Below are positions 23,873 through 34,600 of a stretch of 64,000 bases of DNA, in pieces (the first letter of the stretch is position 1; each line of letters begins with the position of its first letter). Source of the DNA: Geosiphon pyriformis uo1. Its lineage: Eukaryota; Fungi; Glomeromycota. The position numbers were made by a program, and so were the translations under genes. The notes beneath the pieces were generated by a model. That model did no database searches and was not told the DNA's origin. It saw only the letters and a list, made by a program, of their open reading frames with translations. The stretch lies in contig JAAOMT010000735.1 in NCBI GenBank assembly GCA_016748015.1, positions 248,001-312,000 on the forward strand. Direction: 5' to 3'.

Positions 23873-25833
23873 GAATGGTGATTTATTTGCTTCAAATTCG
23901 AAAGGGAATATATCTGAAAGGTTGGCATTTTTAGCAATTCTGGCTGGTGGGATTGTGGTAGGAGTATAGGAAGAGTTTTGTTGTTATGCTGCAGTTCTAC
24001 CTTCCAAGAATGCAATATGGTGAAAATTCTGTTCTTCAGGTATTGTTAAATAACTGGGTTGAGTGTAATAGTGGTTGGGTCTTGGTTGAGTAGAATTTTG
24101 GGAAACCAATTGGTTGTTCGAACTGATTCTATTGTTGTTTACTTGGTATCAGTTTTGTGGTGTGAATTGGTTTTGTGAAGTTAATCTTCGAGCAAGTACT
24201 TGGTAATGTTGTGTGAGTGGTTGTTGGTATTGCTGTTGGATTGGCTGTGAAACAGACTGATAATAGTTACTTTGGTATTGGGGTTTTGGTAGATAGTAAG
24301 CTGGTACTGGTGGTGGATAATAAAATTGTTGTGGTGGAGGGTAATGTTGATTACTCCTATTTTGTTGATCTTATTGTAACTTTCTGCAATCTCTTTTCCA
24401 GTGGCCAGAGATTCCATAGTAATGGCAATTCTGAGACTGGTTATTAGAAAGTGGTGCAGAGTTATTTTGATTTTGTCTTTGGGGAGTTTGATATTTTTGG
24501 AGTTGCTGTTGTTGATTGGCGAAATAGTTTTCAACCTTCTTTGTCAGTTAGTCAATTTTCTCCTTAGCTGCTGAGCTGGTTTCTCCAATTGCCAAGTTTA
24601 CAAGTTTTGTGCAATTGGCCTTTTCTATGGCCATTTCGTATCTTTTTGCATGTTGTATGACAGAGTTTAAATCTTCTGGAGCATATGGGCAAACTTTTTT
24701 AATCAGTTTATCTTTTAGACCAGTGATAAATTGATCCAAGATTTGAGTGTTAGAATAATAATCATTAGTTTCAAGTTGACAAATTCATCTGAGAAGTTTG
24801 TTGAATTTCCCAATATAAGTCATGACAGATTTGGAGGGTTCTTGTTTGATATTGCGAAAACGATTTTGAAGAGTGATTGAGGTGTTGTTATTGGTGAATT
24901 GTTCTAAGAAGGCAGTTTTAAAAGCTGTCCAGTCATTAAAAGGGGTGGTCAAGTTTTCAAACCATTCGCCTGCTGTTTCTTTAAGAAAGTAGGGAATTGT
25001 TCTTAACATTCTGGCAGCATTCCATTTATTTGCATCTCCAGCTTTAGTAACTTGGTCGAGCCATTCTTGGGGACTGGTCTTAATGTCTTCTCTATTGAAT
25101 TCAGGGATTTTTGCAATGTATGCTGTCATTTTGTCTTCTTTGTTATTACTCATAGAAATATAGGAAATATATTAGCATAATTATTAGCCAATCAGAAGTA
25201 AGTGTAGTAAATGTGGAATTCCAGAATTCCTCTCAGGAATTGCAGGATTCCAGAAATTTCAGGATTTCCCAATGAGGAATTGCAGGATTCCAGAATTCCA
25301 GGATTCCTCTCAAAGGAATTACAAGATTCCTCTCAAAGAAATTGCAGGATTCCTCTCAAAGGAATCGCAGGATTTTAGAAATTCCAGGATTCTTGTTGTG
25401 AAGAATCGAGGAATTGAGGAATTTTAATTATGTATATATAGTGTTAGTATTAGAAACAGAAAAGACAGAATTGATACCACAGAATTCTTAGCCTAGAAAC
25501 AAAAATCATCAAATAAATAATTATTCCATATCTCAATCCACTCTCCACTATCAACACTTTATGTTGATAATAAGTGATACTTAACCACACTGGAACAATA
25601 GCTCTTGATCACGGCTATTAATGGAATACTAATCTGCAAATTGCCTTGGCTTATTTCTTTTTTTTCTTTATTTTTCTCTTATTTTTCTTTATTTTATTTT
25701 GATTTATTATTGTGCACTAACCCATTAATTGAAAAGCACTGATTACTAACATTAAGGATTATCTGGTAAAAGACCTCTGTGAGAGGATAGGACACATATA
25801 GAAGATATGAATTACTTATCAGAGGATTGCTGG

Positions 25834-26718
25834 TGTTATTCATAGAAATATAGAAAATATATTAGCATAATTATTAGCCAATCAAAAGTAGGCATAGTAA
25901 ATATGGAATTCCAGGATTTCTCTCAGAAATTGCAGGATTCCAAGAATTTCAGGATTTCCGATGAAGAATTGCAGGATTCCAGAATTCCAGGATTCCTCTC
26001 AAAGGAATCGCAGAATTCTAGAAATTCCAGGATTTCTGTCATGAAGAATTGAGGAATTGAGGAATCTCAATTATGTATATATAGCAGTAGTATTAGAAAC
26101 AGAAAAGACAGAATTGATACCACAGAATCCTTAGCCTAGAAACACAATCATCAAATAAATAATTATTCCATATCTCAACCCACTCTCCACTATCAATACT
26201 TCATGTTGATAGTAATTGATACTTAACCACATTGAAACAATAGCTCTTGATCACGGCTATTGATGGGATATTAATCTGCAAATTGCTTTGGCTTATTTCT
26301 TTTCTTTCTTTATTTTTCTTTTATTTCTTTTTCTTGATTTTATTTGATTTGTTGTTATATACTAATTGATTAAAAGGATTAAGCGCTGAGTTATTGACGT
26401 CAAGAATAGCCTGGTAAAAGACTCAGAAATAAGAGTAGAATTTTATATATTATCAGATAGCTTACCAGAAGGGCATGACTGCCAGACTAAATCCAGCCAC
26501 CACACTGAAAAAGAAATTGGGAAAACTCTTGGAAAGATACATCTATTATCGACACTATTGAATCTCTGTTCATTATACAAAAGACTCAACCAAAACCTTC
26601 AGATCCATCAAAATCTTCAGATACAACACTTTTAGATCACTATCAACTGCTATTAGCCTTGAGCACCAAATTACGGGCTTGTTATTTAATTCAACAGCAG
26701 AAATAATCACCTGTAACA
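25834..26718 (+). mobile_element. Solo LTR (A' subfamily) inserted in the 5' LTR of element A
   Basis: TGTTA...TAACA; flanks CTGG/CCAG correspond to the single CCGG at 28851-28854 in the uninterrupted 3' LTR. Confidence 0.9.
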
Positions 26719-27567
26719 CCAGCCACCAAGCCAAGAAAAAAATTGACAGACTTGCGAGTCTGAGAAGCTATGGATAAAACAAAGCAATTATTCGACAAAA
26801 GAATACTACAACAATTAGAACATTTTGTGGGAAAGAACAACTTATCTACACAAGCCTGAGCCATATACTGAATACATACAGCATTTCAGGATAAACCAGA
26901 AATATTGCTCAACAAAGCAATGGATATGATCACCAGTAATCAATTGGAAAAAATCACCAACGCTCAATTTGAATTAGTATATGGGAGAACAGCAACGTTA
27001 CCAGTAGAAAGAGAAATTAATACATATCTAGCTGAACCAATAACAGAAGAAAATTTTCAAAAAACATTGCTAAGAAGAACATATGACTTAATGGAAACAT
27101 TGGAAAACAAACAATTAAGAGCAGCTAATAATATTCAAAAATCACAAGAAAAACAGAAAGAAAGACACGATAATCAACTACCAGACAAACCAGTTGAGTT
27201 CAAGATTGGAGACAAAGTATTATTACATTGTACCAAAGCGGAAAAACAATGGAGTGGAAAATTCGACCCCAAATAGGATGGACCATTTTACATAAAAGAA
27301 ATTCTAGGAAATAGAGCTTACAAATTAAGATTGAATAACAAAATTTTAACCAAAGCAGCACATAGAGATTGACTGAAGCCATATTGCGACATTACACTAC
27401 CATCTACCAGTAATATTCCACAATTAGGAGTACAAAGAATACTAGTCTGACCAGATGAGATTCCACAAGATCTGGAACCAATCGTTATTATTAACAACAA
27501 CACATTAAATTGATCAATCAAAAGAATATATAAAGACATGGTAGACATGATAGGAAATATCAGAAAA

Positions 27568-28197
27568 ATGGAAATTACAAACAACATTTACACACTAGCA
27601 CAACAACTTTTTCAATTAATCCAACACCAGGAAATGGAAATTACAATCAACCAACAAACCATTTAATATCAAGATACTAGAAAGACATTGCAACTCAGAA
27701 CACCGAAGAAAACTAAAGATATGGTGGACAAAATCATGGCGAAAGTAAAATTAGCAATAAAAAAATTGACAAAAGAGTCACTATATCAAGAGTTGACTAA
27801 AGAAACTTGGAATTGGTGGATACAACAATTTCCAAGAAACTATTGTTATTTTTACTTGAGACAACACATAAATATCCAGAATCTATATATGGATAAAACA
27901 AAGCAATTATTTGACAAAAGAATACTACAACAATTAGAACATTTTGTGGGAAAGAACAACTTATCCACACAAGCCCGAGCTATATACCGAATACACACAG
28001 CATTTCAGGATAAACCAGAAATATTGCTCAACAAAGCAATGGATATAATCACCAGTAATCAATTGGGAAAAATCACCAACGCTTAATTTAAAAAAGTACA
28101 GACCCAAATAACACAAGTAATTCTTGAAAATGAAATCCAAGAAATACTTCAAGAGGGGGAATTACATGAGTTGGATTTCGACGGAGCTCAATATTAA
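27568..28197 (+). pseudogene. Post-integrase ORF3 of element A (210 codons including stop, 2 internal TAA, no frameshift)
   Basis: MEITNNIYTLAQQLFQLIQHQEMEITINQQTI*YQD...LSTQARAIYRIHTAFQDKPEILLN..ITSNQLGKITNA*F..ELDFDGAQY*; stop abuts the PPT. Confidence 0.8.
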
Positions 28198-28210
28198 AAG
28201 GAGGGAATAA

Positions 28211-29061
28211 TGTTACTCATAGAAATATAGGAAATATATTAGCATAATTATTAGCCAATCAGAAGTAAGTGTAATAAATGTGGAATTCCAGGATTCTTCT
28301 CAGTAATTACAAGATTCCAGGAATTTCAGAATTCCCCGACGAGGAATTGCAGGATTCCAAAATTCCAGGATTCCTCTCAAAGAAATCGCAGGATTCCAGG
28401 AATTCCAAGATTCCTGTCGTGAAAAATTGAGGAATTGAGAAATCTCAATTATGTATATATAGTGGTAGTATTAGAAACAGAAAAGACAGAATCGATATTA
28501 CAGAATTCTTAGCCTAGAAACAAAAATCATCAAATAAATAATTATTCCATATCTTAATCCACTCTCTACTATCAACACTTTATGTTGATAATAAGTGATA
28601 CTTAACCATACTGGAACAATAGCTCTTGATCATGGCTATTGACAGGATACTAATCTGCAAATTGCCTTGGCTTATTTTTTTTCTTTCTTTATTTTTCTCT
28701 TATTTTTTTTTATTTTATTTTGATTTATTATTGTGTACTAACCCATTGATTGAAAAGTACTGATTACTAACATCAAGGATTGCCTGGTAAAAGACCTTTG
28801 CGAGAGAGTGGGACATGTACAGAAGATACGGATTACTTACCAGAAGATTGCCGGCCACCAAGCCAAGAAAAAAATTGACAGACTTGCAAGTCTGGGAAGC
28901 TACGGATAAAACAACTATTGGATTTCTGTCTATTATACAAAGAACTCCATCAAAACCTTCAGATACAATGCTTGCAGAACCTCATCAATAGAAGTAGCTT
29001 TACAAGCACCAAGTTACGGGTTTGTTATTTACTTCAACAACAGAAATAATCCTCTGTAACA
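28211..29061 (+). repeat. Intact 3' LTR of element A (reference A-type LTR)
   Basis: TGTTAC...GTAACA; CCAAT box, GGAATTCC/GGATTCC repeat cassette, TATATATAG, AATAAA, two hairpins, T-rich tract. Confidence 0.92.
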
Positions 29062-29827
29062 TTGTTTTCACTGTCTATTGATTCTTCTTTAGATATTTCA
29101 GAGTCATTTTCTTCATTCACTACTGTCTCAGAGTGTTCACTTCAATTTTCAGCTAAAAAATCAAAGAGATTGAAACTAGTTTGAAGGAGTTCTTATTGTC
29201 TGGTAGAACTTTTGGGTAATGTAAAATTTTCTAGTCTTGCAAATCGATTTAAGGGTGAATTAGGTGTTTGTGCTTGTGCAAGTGAAGCTGGAAAAGGTGT
29301 GATAGTAAGTGAGAGTTTTGAACTGGTTCCTTGTTCAGGTGTTTGTAAGTATTTGGCAGTTGTTTTTGGTAGTATTGGAGTATTTGGGGTGGTTTTTGAG
29401 TATTGCTTCAATTTTTGTTTGCCTTTGTTGCTTGTTTTTGTCTCTGATTCAAAATCAATAAAGTATTGAGACTGTACTGGATATGTTTCTTTACAGTACT
29501 TGATAATGTTAAAATTTAGTTCTTGAAAGTAAGTAGTAAGTGTTTTACTGTTAAGGTCTTCAGTTTTCAACTGTGAATAGTGTACTAAATTATTGTAAAG
29601 GTTGCTTCTAACTTCTGAAATATTGTAATTTCCAAAAAGATAATTGTTGATGTGGTTTTCAATGTATTGGTATACTGATTTCTTGACAACTTCAATTCTG
29701 TCTGGAATGTTGAATCTTTGCTTGCAGTGGGTGTAAATTGATTGGTAATACTCTAGAGTTGTTGCGTCTGGTGTGGTTGCTACTTTGAAGTTGTTTTGCT
29801 GTGTTGTTTCTGTGGGAGAGCACCAAA

Positions 29828-30808
29828 TGTTATCAGAGGTTTTTGGTCTCTTTTCTTGAATTTTGTAAATGTCTATTGGTTGCAAATTCATGTTTTTTTC
29901 AAAGTAGTTAAACCTCCAATAACTGAATTTATCCTCAAATTATTTCTTATAATTTGAACTGCTGGGCTTATACGTGGAATGGCCAATTCTGTGTTAGTTA
30001 CATTGTATAGTTACATTGTAATAAATGTTAACTCTTTCCCAGAAATTGCTCGTCTAGAAGCTCACTAAAATGTGTAGTTACTTTGCTGTGAAAGTCAACT
30101 CTTCTACAGAAATCTCGTCTGTAGGCTACCCTAATGATTGTAATAAGAAAAGAAAAGAAAAATAAAAGAAATGTAAAAGAAATAGGATTTTATCAAGAGA
30201 AACGTTTTCTATTCAGGCCTGGAGTCACTAACAGTTTACTGAAATTGGTAGCTACTCAATTTCAAAACGTTAGTTGGGTTTTGGGGATTTTCCAAGTGCA
30301 ATAATTAAAGAATTTGGTTTTTTGAATTATTTGATATTTATTTCTTTTTGTGTATGTAAGAATGATTCTAATTGTTAAATCTGAAGTGAAATATATTTTC
30401 TCAAAGAGAGAAGCTTTTCTTTTATACAACTTGTCATAACACTATTCTATGAACTTAAACTTTGCTATTTTCTATAATTTTGCTGAACTAAAGATACATT
30501 TTGGCAAACTACAAGTTATTTCTGTGAACTATTAGATATTTCGGCAAACTATTAATTATTTCGGCAAATTTCTTACAAATTTTGGCAAACTTTTTGAATG
30601 TTACATAGTTCGGGGTATTGCATGATTGATCATCACAATTAGGTTACATTTGTGTTATATACAAATTGGGTTATTAATTAAATGATAATTTCGGATATTT
30701 TGCTAATGTAATAAGTGATAATTTGAAATGATAATATATGCTAATTAATGATAAGATTTATAAAGGTAATTTCATGCTAAACAATATCTCTAATTTCATC
30801 TAGTAACA
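29828..30808 (-). repeat. 5' LTR of element B
   Basis: Pairs with 17052-18011; followed on minus by tt+TGGTGCTC PBS. Confidence 0.93.
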
Positions 30809-31689
30809 ATGATTTGTTTTTGTTACTTCTGATTTTGTCACTTTTTTGGATAATTGTTGTTAGTGCTAGTTCTCTGTTGAATTATATTTTATAAGAAGAA
30901 CCAAATATTACAGGTGATTATTTAAGGTGTTGAAATAAATAACAAACTCACAATATAGTGCTCAATAGTTACTAGTTAATAATAAGTTCTAAAAATTTTT
31001 GTAATCTAAAGGTTTTGGTTGAGTCTTTTGTATAATAAACAGAAATTCAATTATTGGTTTCTTCTATGAATTTTTTTTTAGCATAGTGGCCAGTTTATTC
31101 TGGCAGTTGTGTTCTTTTTGTAAGCTATTCTTAAATTTTTATTCTTGTTTATGGGTTTTTTATCAGATTATTCTTAACATCAATAATTTAATTTTTAATT
31201 TTTTAATTAATTAATAAACAACAAAGAAAAACAAACTAAATAAAATTAAAAAAAAATAAAAGAAAATAAGAAAATTAGTATTTTATCAATAACTATGATT
31301 AAAAGCTATTGTTTTAGTGTGTTTAAGTATTAAAAATTATCAACATAAGTTGTTAATAGTAAAAAGTAATTAATATTTTGAAGTAAGCAATAATAACATA
31401 GATTGGATAATAATTAGATATTTTATTAATATTAATATAATTCCATTTCAAGTTATAAAAAACTATTTTTTGAAAAAAAAAAATATAAGATTTCTTAAAA
31501 TTCTTTAATTTTTTTAACAGAAATTCTGAAATTCTGAAATCTTGTAATTCTTTAAGAAGAATTCTAAAATTCTGGAATTCTAAAATCCTGCAATTTTCTA
31601 AGAGAAATTCTGAAATTCTTTTTTTATTATATCTATTTCTGATTGGCTATTTTATCTATTATTATAATTTTTAATTTTTATAAGTAACA

Positions 31690-34600
31690 ATACCAATAAA
31701 TATTGAAAAAGAAAATATTTTTTTCACTATCTGGTTTGAAAACAAATTTAAAATTTCAATTTTAATATTTAAATATCACATAAAATTAAAAAAAAGAATT
31801 CAAGGCTTTGGTAAAATTGTAACTAAGTATCCTAAAACAATAAAAAAGCTTATTAAATAAGTAAACTTTAAAAGAAATTAGACAAAAAAACAAAAGATTT
31901 ATTTCTTTATAAAAGAATTAAAAACTAACTTATCTTATGTTTTTTGGTTTTTTTTAACCCTAAAAAATAATTCTACAATAGATATAATCATTAAACTTGC
32001 ACAAAAAATTGAAACAATTAAAAAATATATTTAGAATTTATACTTCCAATTTTTGCTTTTGCTTTTGTTATGGCTTCTATTCTTTAAATAGCTATTACTT
32101 TTTTTGCTGTCTAAACTTAAGATCTTAATAAACAATTAATAGATAAATTTATAATCAATCTTGTCCAATTATTAAAGCCCTTAACTCAAGCAGTTAGAGA
32201 GAATCAACAACTTCAAAAATCTAGATTTGAATTTTATTTTAATCAGTTCTAGCAATACTCTTATCAAAAACAACAAAATTGTGATCTATCTGTGTACTAT
32301 TATTGTAAATTAACTAAATATTTCTTCAGAAATTACAACAACTCTTCTTTGTTTTCTCCAGTTCCTAAAAATAATAATAACCAAAATAACAGACTTATTA
32401 ACAATAATGTTTTTAATCAAAGACCTAATTATGCTAATATTAATTTTTTTGAAAAAGATCTCTTAGTTGAAGCCACTATTTACCAGTTTTTAAACTAAAA
32501 TGTGTATCTCCAAAAGATAAGAGTGCAAGCCAACTAGAAAAAAACCTCTTTTAAACTTTTAATCTAACTGATAATAACCATAACATAAATAAACTAGCCA
32601 TTAATCTCTCTGAATCTACAAAAAAAAAAAAAAAACTAAGGTTGATTTCGTTTTAAAACCCAATAAAATCTTAACTTCCATTACCAATAACAATAAATCA
32701 CCAAAAACTAAAGTTTTTAAAAATTTTCCAAAGTTAAAATCACCAGAAATTATACAAAAATTTGGTCTTTATTCTATTGTTAAAGATCTTATGAAAATCT
32801 CAGCTCATATTATTTTTGGCCAGTTAACTTAATTCTAGATAGTGGATTATCTGTTAATGTTATTGCCAAACACTTTTTAAAAACTATTAACAAAAAAATT
32901 AATAAACTTTCTATTCAATCAATGACCAATATATACAATAACAAAAAAAAGATTTGGGCATAATCAAAGCTGTTTCTGTTTGTATTAATGGCATTAGCAT
33001 TGAAACTAACATAAAAGTTTCTAAAACTAAAGAATATACTATTATTGTTAACAATAAATAACTTAAGAAAGCAAAAGTTTTACTGAATTATAAACTTTGT
33101 GAGCTAACTATCAAATGTAATAAAAAGTCTATTGTGGTTAAGTATTATCACTAAACAACTCTTTTAGTATTCAAACAAAGCCCAAAAAAAAAACAATTAG
33201 ATAAATCAGATAATGAAAAAACTAATGAAGAAAAAAACAAAAAAAAACTGCTGAATTTACTTATATTTTTACTAGCAATGACAAGCTATTGAATAATATC
33301 AAAGCAGACAAAGAAAGAATCATTGTAAATAACAAGATAATTTGTTGGCCTTATTATAATATACTCAAAAAAACCTTTGACTAAAAACCTAGCAAGAAAG
33401 CCAAATATAGTTATTAATAATATGGTCTTTGTGCCCAATACTGGTACAATAAATTATTGTATTTCCCAAGTAATAAATACAAGTTTTGTCTAATCTATTA
33501 CAAAAATTGGGAACCAATCAACTTAATACTAAAAAAAAATAAAAAAAGTACAAAAATCTTTTAAGAATAAACTACTTAAGATCTAATTATTAACTATAAA
33601 ACAAAAAAAACCTTTCTCAAAAGAAAAAAAATAAATATTAAAAATTTGTTGGATAAAAACAGCCCAGTTATCTTAAAAAAAAGTAACATTTCTGAATACA
33701 TTTATGTAATACAACACATTATTACTACCAAAAAAACTTGTTTTATCCATTTAAAGTTTTATCAATCTAATTAATACAATGATAAATTCATCAAAAAAGA
33801 AATAAACTGGATGAAAAATCTTGAATTCATACAAAAAATCAAAAGCAAATAGACTTATTCAGTTGTAGTAATATTCAAAAAAAATAAAACTCTATGCTTT
33901 TGTATTGACTACTGGTAATTAAATGTTATTATTGAAAGAAATATATACTTACTTTTCAAAATTAATGCAATACTAGATTAATTTAATGGAGCTGTTTTTT
34001 TTCAACTATTAATCTAATTGCTAGATTCTGACAAATAGAAATAGATTCAGAAAACAGAAAGAAAACTGCTTTTATTACCAAATATGACACTTATAAATTT
34101 ACTATTATGTCTTTTGGTTTTACTAATATCTTTTTTACTTTTTAATATTTAATAAACAAAGTATTTAAATCAGTAAAAAAAAACTTTGTTTTAGTTTATT
34201 TAAATAACATAATAATATACTCAAAAACCTGGAATTAACATCTTAAATATTTATAAAAGATTTTTGATCTTTTTAAAAATACTAGTCTCAAGATTAATTT
34301 AATCAAATTTTTTTTTAAACAACAATTTACCTAGTTTTTTGGTTATCTTATTACAAAAAATGGAATTTTTTTTTGATCTAACCAAAGTTGAAAAAGTCCA
34401 AAATATTAAACAACCAATAAATATTTATGAACTATATTTTTTTTTGGTTTGGCAACTTATTATCAAAAGTTTGTTAAAAATTTCTCCAAAATTATCTTTT
34501 TTTTTAATCAGCTATTTAAGAAAACTGTCAATTATTATTGGAATACATATTAGCAAAAAGTCTTTAAAATTTTGAAGAAAAAACTAGTTATTGAATCTAT

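Larger units (their letters stand above)
25144..29061 (+). mobile_element. Non-autonomous, internally rearranged LTR element A inserted in gag of B
   Basis: LTRs at 25144-~26780 (interrupted and truncated) and 28211-29061; PPT aaaaggagggaataa; perfect TTGT TSD; excision restores B gag in frame (ESIDSENKEDKMTAYIAKIPEF). Interior holds only the IN C-terminus and ORF3. Confidence 0.9.
17052..30808 (-). mobile_element. Full-length degenerate Ty3/gypsy retrotransposon B (dUTPase-bearing), interrupted by element A
   Basis: Paired LTRs 17052-18011 and 29828-30808; PBS TGGTGCTC next to the 5' LTR; PPT gaggaggagatta next to the 3' LTR; order gag(CCHC knuckle ~24380-24430)-PR-Cys-dUTPase-RT-RH-IN-ORF3; flanks atag/atga (decayed 4-bp TSD). 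Confidence 0.93.
15300..31689 (-). mobile_element. Heavily decayed Ty3/gypsy element F (5' LTR 30906-31689, PBS ~30888-30905, gag relics 30809-30890 and ~15300-17051); host to element B and a solo LTR
   Basis: 30906-31689 is an A-type LTR on minus (ends taagtaaca; U5 aataatcacctgtaata) followed by a decayed PBS; flanks continue across element B. Left boundary approximate. Confidence 0.6.

Noticed and set aside
26210-26270. Hammerhead ribozyme in the LTR leader (xTGATAC..GAAAC + hairpin)
   Set aside because: The core lacks CUGANGA, a proper stem II and the UH cleavage triplet.
28890-29061. U5 read as a coding frame (HQVTGLLF..IIxCNIW)
   Set aside because: The frame is not maintained among A, A' and F; conservation is better explained by the PBS-pairing hairpin.
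29193-29891. ATG at 29891 as the true gag start of element B
   Set aside because: The two LTRs read CATGT and CACAT here, implying ancestral CACGT; the ATG is a CpG-decay product.
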